64,000 bases of DNA, from positions 2,040,483-2,104,482 of the forward strand of contig OZ242366.1 in the NCBI GenBank assembly GCA_965208945.1. The letters are read 5' to 3'. Numbering within the stretch: position 1 is the first letter of the stretch; every line of letters starts with the position of its first letter. A program made the translations under genes and the position numbers. The DNA comes from Bryobacterales bacterium (GTDB taxonomy: Bacteria; Acidobacteriota; Terriglobia; Bryobacterales; UBA6623). The notes beneath the pieces are model-generated. The model was given only the letters and a program-made list of their open reading frames with translations. It made no database searches and had not been told where the DNA came from. Positions 19,025 through 27,316 of this stretch are shown here, piece after piece.

Positions 19025-20014
19025 TTGTCTCATGAGCGCAAGCAGGACCGTCATCGGATAATTGGTAAGCTGGACGATCTTGTTCGGAGGTACAGATACG
19101 ACGCACGTTCGTGGTGGCCGGACTTTTTATTTCACTACACCGAGCTGGAGAACACCATCTCGATCCTGAATAGTGGAGCCCTGTATAGCCGAGAGAAGGC
19201 GATAAGCCGAGGCCTGCTCAGTACGGATAGCGCCAGCGCCAGTGTACTGGTCAATACTTCACAGACTTACAAGAGCCACGCGCGACTTTATTTCCGTCCC
19301 AAGACACCTACTCAGTACTCGAACGAGGGGATTCGACCTCGCGACACTATCGTTTACGACGCTCACTGTGCTGTTCCAGTTTTTCTGCTCTTCGATTCCA
19401 GGGATGTGTTGACCCGTGAGAGCACACAATTTTCCAACGGCACTTTAGCAGGATTCAATCCAGGACGTATCGGATCGACAGCCTCCTTTTTCGAGAAAAT
19501 GCCTTTCAACAAGATCTATCACAACTCTTGGTTGCAAGACGACGAGAAGCAGGAGATCATAGCCAGCAGGCATGCTGAAGTGATTGTGCCGGGCCAGCTT
19601 GATCTGGGGCCACTTCGGTTTATTTGGTGCCGATCCGAAGCGGAGAAGGAAACTTTGATGTCACTTCTCAGCGAAACGCAGCGGAATGAATGGGCCAACA
19701 AGGTCTTTCATGGGAAGAAGTACGATCTATTCTTTTCGCGATGGTCATATGTGGATCGGGTCGCACTTGATGAAACCAGCGCCCGGTTTAGCTTCAACCG
19801 TAACTCGAAGACTCCTGAGCCTTTCGAATTAGAAGTGAGTATAGAAGACCATGACACTAGCCAAAGGTTGCGATGCCGAAAGGAAAACTTTAAGGCAGAT
19901 CAAGAGGTAAAGATTAGATTCCGAAACCCCATATCAAACTACACGATCGAACTGCACCTTGACGGCTGTCTTGCATACCATTGCGAGTACGAAGAAACCC
20001 CCGACTTATTTTAG
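19025..20014 (+). CDS. DarT-like (DUF4433-type) ADP-ribosyltransferase with an extra C-terminal domain of about 110 aa (putative toxin/effector)
   Basis: 329 aa. TTG start 7 nt after AGGA and 9 nt after the macro gene stop. Three DarT-like motifs with DarT-like spacing: LFHYTELENTISILNSGAL, ARLYFRPKTPTQY, SRHAEVIVPGQLDLGPLRFIWC (candidate catalytic Glu). Residues from about 215 to 329 lie beyond the ART core as judged from motif positions in DarT as I recall it. G+C about 45%. Confidence 0.65.
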   Translation: MSHERKQDRHRIIGKLDDLVRRYRYDARSWWPDFLFHYTELENTISILNSGALYSREKAISRGLLSTDSASASVLVNTSQTYKSHARLYFRPKTPTQYSNEGIRPRDTIVYDAHCAVPVFLLFDSRDVLTRESTQFSNGTLAGFNPGRIGSTASFFEKMPFNKIYHNSWLQDDEKQEIIASRHAEVIVPGQLDLGPLRFIWCRSEAEKETLMSLLSETQRNEWANKVFHGKKYDLFFSRWSYVDRVALDETSARFSFNRNSKTPEPFELEVSIEDHDTSQRLRCRKENFKADQEVKIRFRNPISNYTIELHLDGCLAYHCEYEETPDLF

Positions 20015-20272
20015 TTAAACTAATCTTTTAGTATAGGTTTGAATTGACCCATATCCCAGTATTTTTAAAGGAAAACGGTGTCAGCGGGCATAGTCGACTT
20101 CGCGAGCCGGCCCTTCCGGAGGGCCTGTGCAGCCAAACAGCGGAACTCCGGTGACATGCAGCGAAAAGAGGGATGGGCAGAGAACCTGCGTCAAAGTCGT
20201 TCTCTCCCGAGTGCTTCTCAGAGTCTCCTCTGGGACGCTGACCGTTGCAGAGACAGTAGCTGGTTCACTTCG

Positions 20273-21577
20273 TTACGGACGCACCACCGATCCGTCCATG
20301 CCGCGGACGGTCGTCCAATCCGCGTTGCGGTGATCGTCCACCAGTGGGTACTTTGCGGCGATCTGTTCTTTGAGGTCGATTCCCAATCCCGGCTTGTCGC
20401 TGCCGTAGAGGTAGCCGCCGCGAATCCGAGCGACGCCGGGCATCATTTCGTGGACCTCCTCTGGGAAGTCGTTTTCTTCCTGAATGCCGAAGCTTGGGAT
20501 CGTCAGGTCGACGTGGTAGGCAATGAGCTGATTGATCGGGTCGTTCTCGCCACCCTCCTGGAATGCCGTCCGCACGCCGAACTGCTCGCATAGCGCGGCG
20601 ATCTTCTTCGCCTGGGTGATCCCCCCGATCATCCCCACCCGGCCCCGGAAGAAATCGATCAGCCGATTCGCGATCAGCGGCCGCCATTCATGAGGATGCG
20701 TGAACAGCTCACCCATCGCCATGGGGGTCGTCGTCAGACCGCGAATCTGCTTGTAGTAGTCGATTTGTTCGGGCGGAAGGATATCCTCGACAAAAAACAT
20801 GCGAACCGGCTCGAAACGCTTCGCCAATTCGAGCGCCCCCCAGCCGGTAAGATGCTCGTGGACATCGTGCAGAAGCTTGACTTGCCCCCCGAGCTTGTCC
20901 CTCAGGTGCCTGAAGAGTTTCGGGATTGTGTCGATGTACGTCTCCTCATCGAACGCTTTGCCGCTGAAACCCGTTTCCGGGCGGCTGCCTTCCCCCGGCG
21001 GGATAAAACCGCCGCCGCCATACCCGCCCATCTGGACACGGACGTGCCGGAATCCCTTCTCCATCCAACTCCGCGCACTCTCGACGCAGGCGTCGAACGT
21101 CGGTCCCCCGGCATGCGCGTATAGAGGTACGGCTTCGCGGGCCTTGCCGCCGAGCAGTTGATAGACCGGCATGTTGGCGCGCTTGCCCTTGATGTCCCAT
21201 AGCGCGGAATCGAGCGCTGCCTGAATCACATTCGTGATCGGCCCGTTTCGCCAGTACGAACGGACATGGTTCGACTGCCAGAGATCCTCGATGCGATCCG
21301 GGTCTTTGCCGATCCAGAACGGCCGCATGTGCTTTTCAAGCGCAGCCTTCGCTGCCCAGGCCAGATAGCGGTTGTTGGCTGAACCGAGCCCGTAGAGCCC
21401 CGGCTCGTTCGTCAGCACCTTGATGAACACCCAGGAATAATACGGACGGGGGCTGACGCCGATGACCTTGACGTCCGTGATCTTCAACGGTGGCAGGCCG
21501 CGCGTCGCCTGCGAATACAGTTCCGACGCCCACCAGGGAGCTGCGAGCAACCCTCCCAGCAAATCTCTCCGTCGCAT
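20273..21577 (-). CDS. Enolase-superfamily enzyme (mandelate racemase / D-mannonate-galactonate dehydratase-like) with N-terminal Tat-like signal
   Basis: 434 aa. MRRRDLLGGLLAAPWWASELYSQ leader, then KITDVKVIGVSP..VFIKVLTNEPGLYGLGSA, typical of the ManD/RspA subgroup. Confidence 0.8.
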   Translation of the reverse strand: MRRRDLLGGLLAAPWWASELYSQATRGLPPLKITDVKVIGVSPRPYYSWVFIKVLTNEPGLYGLGSANNRYLAWAAKAALEKHMRPFWIGKDPDRIEDLWQSNHVRSYWRNGPITNVIQAALDSALWDIKGKRANMPVYQLLGGKAREAVPLYAHAGGPTFDACVESARSWMEKGFRHVRVQMGGYGGGGFIPPGEGSRPETGFSGKAFDEETYIDTIPKLFRHLRDKLGGQVKLLHDVHEHLTGWGALELAKRFEPVRMFFVEDILPPEQIDYYKQIRGLTTTPMAMGELFTHPHEWRPLIANRLIDFFRGRVGMIGGITQAKKIAALCEQFGVRTAFQEGGENDPINQLIAYHVDLTIPSFGIQEENDFPEEVHEMMPGVARIRGGYLYGSDKPGLGIDLKEQIAAKYPLVDDHRNADWTTVRGMDGSVVRP

Positions 21578-21662
21578 TGCGGTCCCTCCGAACAGGCTGA
21601 GCGGAATAAGGGCATCCTACCAGCTTGCCTATAATGGGTGGTTACTCGGGCCAAGAGGCGGC

Positions 21663-21929
21663 ATGCCCATCAGCGAAGATCTGCTAAGCATTCTGTGTTG
21701 CCCTCGCACGAAGGTGCCCGTGCAGATGCTGTCTGCGGATCGACTTGCGGCGTTGAATGCCAGGATCGATCAGGGCGGCGTGACCTGCCAAGGCGGCGAA
21801 CCCGTCGAGAAGCCGCTGCAGGAAGGGCTGATCACCGAGGACGGTGAAACCGTCTACCGCATCGATGACAGCATCCCGGTCATGCTTGTCGACCAGGCCA
21901 TCCCCGGCCACTTTGCGAGTTTGCCGTAG
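21663..21929 (+). CDS. Trm112 family (UPF0434) small protein
   Basis: ORF 21462..21929; true start likely M68 (21663): MPISEDLLSILCCPRTKVPV..YRIDDSIPVMLVDQAI, the Trm112/YcaR signature. Confidence 0.75.
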   Translation: MPISEDLLSILCCPRTKVPVQMLSADRLAALNARIDQGGVTCQGGEPVEKPLQEGLITEDGETVYRIDDSIPVMLVDQAIPGHFASLP

Positions 21930-22023
21930 CGCCGAAGGACGCTGGGACGCGTTCCGAAGCTATGCCGGTCTCAAGACCAGGCACCCCCTCACTGGCCAAG
22001 GACAACCTGTTGAGGTTCCACAG

Positions 22024-22208
22024 CTAGCCTGCATTGCTCACCACGTGGCGAGGCGAAGTGCGTGAGAGGGCCGTCAGGACGAGGCGCGAGCCGCTTGGCG
22101 CGCGCAGGCGTACTTGAACAGTACGTTGAGCACGGCAAGCAAGCGCAACGAAATCCTGGCGGCCGTATGGCGTGCTTCGGCCGTCGGGTGGTGAGAAATG
22201 CAGGCTAG
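22024..22208. repeat. MITE-like palindromic element, copy A (185 bp)
   Basis: Termini are CTAGCCTGCATTGCTCACCAC ... GTGGTGAGAAATGCAGGCTAG (about 21-bp TIR). The interior matches the other copies in reverse orientation (GCGTACTTGAACAGTACGTTGAGCACGGCAAGCAAGCGCAACGAA). Confidence 0.85.
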
Positions 22209-22224
22209 ACCCCCGACGTTTCAT

Positions 22225-22546
22225 TCAGGAAGTTAGCTCCGTTTGGAGCTCTCGACGTTGCTCGTACATCTCCTCCCTCTTGTCACGCATCGGCAGCAAC
22301 TCGACCTCCTGCTCGCAGAGCTGCGACGCCATGGTTCTGTACCTGCTGTTGTTGCCCTCTCAAGGACCGCAGACTGGAAATATTCCGGCGCAGCCGATCC
22401 TTGTCTACGACCAACTCCTTGATCTGTTGAAGCAGCGTTGCGACCTCTCGATCAATGTCCGCAATCTTCCGTTTCAGATCAGCGATCGGTCTGAGCTTTT
22501 TGCAGCCGACGGCGATTGGCTACTTATTGCGGAAAAAACTGGTCAT
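22225..22546 (-). pseudogene. Decayed small coiled-coil gene (in-frame TAG after codon 8 plus one frameshift)
   Basis: Own minus-strand translation: MTSFFRNK*PIAVGCKKLRPIADLKRKIADIDREVATLLQQIKELVVDKDRLRRNISSLRSLRGQQQQ. After a frame change it continues RTMASQLCEQEVELLPMRDKREEMYEQRRELQTELTS*. G+C about 50%. Confidence 0.3.
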
Positions 22547-22704
22547 AGGTTTGGTTCGCGATGCTCAGCGTGCGAGAGCATTCTTTCTCTTCCGAAACCA
22601 GGAACTTGACAGTCTTCTCCCGTCGCCGGCCCGCTACGCAGCTATCTGGGCGAGACTACAGCCTTCTCGGAGTGCTTGGCGGCGCTGCAACTGAACCGAC
22701 GGCG

Positions 22705-23307
22705 TTACTGAATCGTGCTCGCTCCCTGAATGCCTTGATCGGCAGGTATCAGGTTGCGGTTGATATGGCGGTCCAGGTTAATCACGTAGGTCTCCGCCGC
22801 CCCGATCAAGACCGGAGAATGCGTGGCCGCAACGATCCGGAAACCCTTCTGGTCAACCAGTTCCTTCAGCATCTTGAGAGTGCGCCGCTGATTCGACGCC
22901 GACAAGGCCATTTCCGGCTCGTCGAGCAGGAGAACCGTGCCATTCGGCAATGTCGGAAACAAGTCCTTGAACATCGAGAGCATTACCTGCCCGTGACTGG
23001 CGGTGTCGATGAATTCCCGCATGGCCGTGTCATCTTTGAACATTTCGGACTGCATGCGGGGATTATGCAGTTCAGCATCAAACAGCAAGACCTTGGGCCA
23101 GTCCAACCCCTTCGGCTTGTCCAGCCGATAGGAGAACCCTTCTACGTTCTCTGCCCTGAGCGCGCGGTAGATCGAGTGCAGCAGCGTCGATTTGCCGGAA
23201 CCATTCTCGCCTTCCAGCATGATCAATGGATGGCTCAGGTCGACGATCATCGGCATATGAAAATCGAGACCCATGAAAACGGGGTGGCTGAGAATCTTGA
23301 GGAACAT
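22705..23307 (-). CDS. Small stand-alone ABC/AAA_21-type ATPase
   Basis: ORF 22705..23436; M44 (23307) preferred because it avoids overlap with the upstream gene. Walker A GENGSGKST, signature-like ASHGQ, Walker B LLLDEPE, H-loop ATHSP. About 200 aa with no fused effector domain. Confidence 0.75.
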   Translation of the reverse strand: MFLKILSHPVFMGLDFHMPMIVDLSHPLIMLEGENGSGKSTLLHSIYRALRAENVEGFSYRLDKPKGLDWPKVLLFDAELHNPRMQSEMFKDDTAMREFIDTASHGQVMLSMFKDLFPTLPNGTVLLLDEPEMALSASNQRRTLKMLKELVDQKGFRIVAATHSPVLIGAAETYVINLDRHINRNLIPADQGIQGASTIQ

Positions 23308-23393
23308 GGCTTCCGAATCCGGTGATCGTCTGTCTCTGACCCAAGCATAGCAAGCAGGAACTTCCAAAGGTTCCGTTTTCGCCTTGGAGAGCC

Positions 23394-24785
23394 TTACTTC
23401 GCCGCCCGCACCCTGAGCCGCACTCTGGACTCCCAATCAATCTCCGTACTACCTACCTGCGGACGGTTATCGATCACCAGGATGCCTCCCTTGCCGGCCT
23501 GTTGGTAGCCGGCTCGCGATCTGTTCACACGAACCTCGTAGGAGCGGCCTTCCTCGAGACCCACGACATAGATGGCCTTTCCCTCGGGGACCACTCGATC
23601 GAACGAAAGCGGCGGCTTACCGAAAAGCATCGCCCCGCCCGGAAACACCAGAGGAGCCTGCTTGTCTGTCGGCTCGATCACGTGTTCCTCGCCATCGGCC
23701 ACGATCAGTAGTCGGCCGTCGAAGTATCCGGCCCACAGGTCTTCTTCCTGCCAACCCATGCGGGCGTAGACACGGCCTTCAAACTCGTCATGAAACACCA
23801 GCGGCGCGGAGAAGTAACTCAGTCCCGGCAGGTACGGGTTCACCCACAGAAACTCGTATACGGCTCCGAGAGGCGTGTACAACGTGTATGCGTCATGCCG
23901 CACCCAGCCTTGTAGAAACTGATAATGCGAGAGCGTGTTCTCGTAGGCGACGAAGACCATCGCGGCAACCCGATTCAATGTTCCTTCAATGACCGCTGCG
24001 GACCTGTCGGTCTCCACAGGTAAACGGAATATGCCTTCCTCGGTGCGATGGGGGCGAGGCAACACACTCAGCATCAACCGCAATGGAAGAGCTCGAAAGA
24101 TATCTGATGCTTGGCCCCAGATCTCGATCTCGAAGTTGCGGCGCGCCACGTGGGAAAGCTCCGCCAACGCTACCAGTTCCGCGCTTGCTTGGAGCAACTC
24201 GCCTTTTTGCAGCAGCGGCAGCAGACGTGCTTCCCAATGATCTTTCATCAATGTCTGGAGAACGCGTTCATAGCCAACGTGGTCTTCCCCGACCGCAACA
24301 AGCGCCATGACGCCGCTCCGCACCCGCTCAAGACCGATTTCGTTCTTTCGGGAAAGACCTTCTGCGGCTGTGAAGAGCGCCTGGGCCACGCTCCGCTTTT
24401 GCTCGTCCGACAGCAGTTCGTGGCACCAATCAAAGACCACCGCTCCAAGACGCAGATGGTCAGGCTTCTCGAACCCTCCCGAATCCGCATCGCCGACAGC
24501 CCAGACAATCGCTTTCCGGCCTGATTCCGCATCGCCCGTAACTTGAAACAGCAACGCTTGTAGCAGGGGCTCCTCGGGGAATACGACATCCGCCTGTACG
24601 AGTCTTTGGAGATTCCGCCAACGCTCGGATTGCCGCTCGACGTCCTTGCGCAGCCGATTCAGCCGCCGCCCTTCCAGCCAGAGCCGCGGATGCGACGTGT
24701 AGACCTTGTAGTCCGCCTGCGCGATGAGCAGAGAAGAGAAGAGCAGGCTAAGTGTCGCAATACAGAGGAGCCGCTTCATTCTCAA
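23394..24785 (-). CDS. Secreted hypothetical protein (possibly heparinase II/III-like alpha/alpha-toroid fold)
   Basis: 463 aa with signal peptide MRMKRLLCIATLSLLFSSLLIAQA. The HPRLWL motif near the N-terminus resembles polysaccharide-lyase family N-termini. Function is uncertain. Confidence 0.7.
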   Translation of the reverse strand: MRMKRLLCIATLSLLFSSLLIAQADYKVYTSHPRLWLEGRRLNRLRKDVERQSERWRNLQRLVQADVVFPEEPLLQALLFQVTGDAESGRKAIVWAVGDADSGGFEKPDHLRLGAVVFDWCHELLSDEQKRSVAQALFTAAEGLSRKNEIGLERVRSGVMALVAVGEDHVGYERVLQTLMKDHWEARLLPLLQKGELLQASAELVALAELSHVARRNFEIEIWGQASDIFRALPLRLMLSVLPRPHRTEEGIFRLPVETDRSAAVIEGTLNRVAAMVFVAYENTLSHYQFLQGWVRHDAYTLYTPLGAVYEFLWVNPYLPGLSYFSAPLVFHDEFEGRVYARMGWQEEDLWAGYFDGRLLIVADGEEHVIEPTDKQAPLVFPGGAMLFGKPPLSFDRVVPEGKAIYVVGLEEGRSYEVRVNRSRAGYQQAGKGGILVIDNRPQVGSTEIDWESRVRLRVRAAK

Positions 24786-24815
24786 GATATTGTACGAATG
24801 GTTCTCCCAGGCCGA

Positions 24816-25736
24816 CTAAATACGATCCGCTGCTTCGGACACCTCTGCGGCGCTCTCCGTTGCCGAGACATGCTCGGCCCCATCGTCCGTCGCGGGATGG
24901 GGCGAGTCGTCTTCGTCGAGCACGCCCCACTTATGACCGAGTACGCTCCGGGCGCCATGCGAGAGGTATGTGAGATCCATCCATGGCGGGTCCTCTTCAT
25001 AGTCGTATCCGCCCATGACCCACACCGGCGTGCCCTGCTTTTCGACCTTCCAACCGCGCGGACCGAGTTCCCATTGGTCGCCCCACCCATGCAGCCACTG
25101 CGCGTCGCGGCCCAACAAACGGACGCAACCATGACTCGCTGGATACCCCGGCAACTCGTACTGATGGAACGAGATGCCATCGCGATTCATGAAGTTGAAG
25201 ACCCATGGTAGGAACCAGTCACGGTTCACTGTGCTGCGTCGGCCTTTCGATTTCCAATTGAGGTGAAAGTATCCCGAGGGGGTCGGCCGCTGCTGGCCGC
25301 CTGAGCTTACCGGGCCCCAATGAACAAGCTTGCCTCTCTCGTAGGCTCCAAAGGCTTGCACCTGCTGATGAATGACCAGCGATTTCTCGTGCAGACCGGC
25401 CCACTTCGATACGCTCGGCATGGGACTGTAGTCCAGTTCACGTAGGTCCCAGCGGTCCGGAACCACGATAGACCCCATCTTCACCAGGTTCTTCACGTCG
25501 GCTCGATTGAGTTTTTCCAGAATCGCGAGTTGCGCCGGCGTGAATTGACAGTGCAACTGCTCTGAATCATCCGAAACAGCTTGCAACTGAAAACGCACCG
25601 GCGGTTCCAAATCTTCGCCGAGAACCAAGGGCGCCGTAGCCAGGGTGGATGTCATCCAGAGCCTGCAGAATAATCCCGCCACGCTCAGCTCGGGCGTTTT
25701 TCTGAGGTGACGGGCCAGTTCACTCCGAAGGCGCAT
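24816..25736 (-). CDS. L,D-transpeptidase (YkuD domain)
   Basis: ORF 24816..25817. Start M28 (25736) is preceded by GGAGGAAAATC. Catalytic motif ISFHQYELPGYPASHGCVRL. Confidence 0.85.
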   Translation of the reverse strand: MRLRSELARHLRKTPELSVAGLFCRLWMTSTLATAPLVLGEDLEPPVRFQLQAVSDDSEQLHCQFTPAQLAILEKLNRADVKNLVKMGSIVVPDRWDLRELDYSPMPSVSKWAGLHEKSLVIHQQVQAFGAYERGKLVHWGPVSSGGQQRPTPSGYFHLNWKSKGRRSTVNRDWFLPWVFNFMNRDGISFHQYELPGYPASHGCVRLLGRDAQWLHGWGDQWELGPRGWKVEKQGTPVWVMGGYDYEEDPPWMDLTYLSHGARSVLGHKWGVLDEDDSPHPATDDGAEHVSATESAAEVSEAADRI

Positions 25737-26002
25737 GATTTTCCTCCTCGGGTCTAATCGTGCAACCCCAGGTCCAAAGTCATTCCAGCAGTGCTCTGTG
25801 CCTGCCCACCTCCACACTCCCTCTTTGGAAGTAATTCATTTACTTGGACTTCCCGCCCCGTAAAAAGATTTCAAGGCAGGCGCGTCCGAAAGTGCTTTAG
25901 CCCGCGGAAACGTGTAGATTCTTCGTGGCGTAGCAGTTTCTACGCGTCGGCCGGCAACTCGGAGTGATGTAGAATGGGGTGCAATTCTCTGGGAGTGAAA
26001 AC

Positions 26003-27025
26003 ATGACAAACGATGGATCTCGGCGCGATTTCTTCCGCGGTCTCTTTGGAACGGCCGTCACGGCAGCCATGGCTCAGGGTGTGCTGGCGCAGCGCTCCAG
26101 TGGCGACGGCATCCCGACCGCTCGGCTCGGGCGCACCAACGAGCAGGTTTCGATCATCTGCCTCGGTGGTTGGCACATCGGAGCCGTAGAGGACAACAAC
26201 GAAGCTCACCGCATCATGCATCGCGCGATCGATGAAGGCGTCAACTTCTTCGACAACGCCTGGGACTACCACGACGGCGGCTCCGAGGAATTGATGGGCG
26301 ACGCCCTAGCCTCCGGCGGACTCCGCAAGAAGGTCTTTGTGATGACCAAGAATTGCGAGCGCGACTACGAAGGCAGCAAGCGCAACCTCGAAGATAGTCT
26401 CCGCCGTTTGAGAACCGACTATATCGACCTTTGGCAGTTCCACGAAATCAACTACGACAATGATCCCGATTGGGTCTTCGACAAAGGGGGTCTCAAAGCG
26501 GCCCTGGAGGCGAAAAAGGAAGGCAAAGTCCGATACATTGGTTTCACCGGACATAAGGATCCGCGCATCCACCTCAAGATGCTCGCGAAGCCCTATGACT
26601 GGGATACTGCGCAGATGCCCATCAACATCATGGACGCCCACTTCCGCAGCTTCCAAAAGGAAGTGGTGCCTGTCTGCCTGAACAAGAATGTAGGCGTCAT
26701 CGGCATGAAGAGCTTGGCGGGCTCGCCGACTTCACCTCAAGGCCGCATACCCAGCCAGACGAAGATCAGCGCTGAGCAGTGCATCCGCTACGCGCTCAGC
26801 TTGCCGATAGCGAGCCTCTGCGTGGGCATCCGGTCCATGAAAGACCTTGAACAGGATGTGGGCATCGCGCGGGGTTTCCAGGCGCTCTCCGACAGCGACA
26901 AAGAGCAACTCATTCAGATGGCGGCCGCCGAGGGAGGGGACGGACGTCACGAGATGTTCAAGTCAACCAACCACTTCGATGGTCCGCATCATCGATTGCA
27001 GCACGGCTTCGCCCTCGACGTTTGA
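26003..27025 (+). CDS. Aldo/keto reductase with twin-arginine signal
   Basis: ORF 25979..27025; start M9: MTNDGSRRDFFRGLFGTAVTAAMAQG. AKR core motifs FFDNAWDYHDGGSEE, YIDLWQFHE, IGFTGH. Confidence 0.85.
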   Translation: MTNDGSRRDFFRGLFGTAVTAAMAQGVLAQRSSGDGIPTARLGRTNEQVSIICLGGWHIGAVEDNNEAHRIMHRAIDEGVNFFDNAWDYHDGGSEELMGDALASGGLRKKVFVMTKNCERDYEGSKRNLEDSLRRLRTDYIDLWQFHEINYDNDPDWVFDKGGLKAALEAKKEGKVRYIGFTGHKDPRIHLKMLAKPYDWDTAQMPINIMDAHFRSFQKEVVPVCLNKNVGVIGMKSLAGSPTSPQGRIPSQTKISAEQCIRYALSLPIASLCVGIRSMKDLEQDVGIARGFQALSDSDKEQLIQMAAAEGGDGRHEMFKSTNHFDGPHHRLQHGFALDV

Positions 27026-27045
27026 TACCCGGACGCGAGCGGCGA

Positions 27046-27312
27046 TCACTTGGGCTGGCGAATGTGAGTCCGGCATTTGCCCAGGCCCTGTTTCGGCTCC
27101 ATCTCGCCCACCCACAGCAGGAACCGCCACAGCTCGCGCTGTCGGGTCCACATGAAGTTCCAAAACCGGCCAAAGTCCACTGCATCCGCCTGCATACCCC
27201 AATACGTCTCAATTCGCCAGCGGAGATAAGGGCTGGTCCAAGGACGAAAGCGATGTCCTCGTGTCGCTTTCCAGAGGAATCGGACAATCGCCGCTGCTTC
27301 GTTGAAACGCAA
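27046..27312 (-). CDS. Small Trp-rich hypothetical protein
   Basis: 88-aa ORF (..RPWTSPYLRWRIETYWG..FWNFMWTRQRELWRFLLWV..) starting 4 nt after the stop of the upstream VWA gene on the same strand. Tight operon-like spacing supports it; no function recognised. Confidence 0.45.
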   Translation of the reverse strand: MRFNEAAAIVRFLWKATRGHRFRPWTSPYLRWRIETYWGMQADAVDFGRFWNFMWTRQRELWRFLLWVGEMEPKQGLGKCRTHIRQPK

Positions 27313-27316
27313 GGAG

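Noticed and set aside
17963-20272. Integrase, tRNA or flanking direct repeats (att sites) delimiting the low-GC macro/DarT islet
   Set aside because: There are no such genes. Comparing 17963-18088 with 20015-20272 showed no shared sequence of 8 nt or more. The islet boundaries are therefore defined only by the composition shift.
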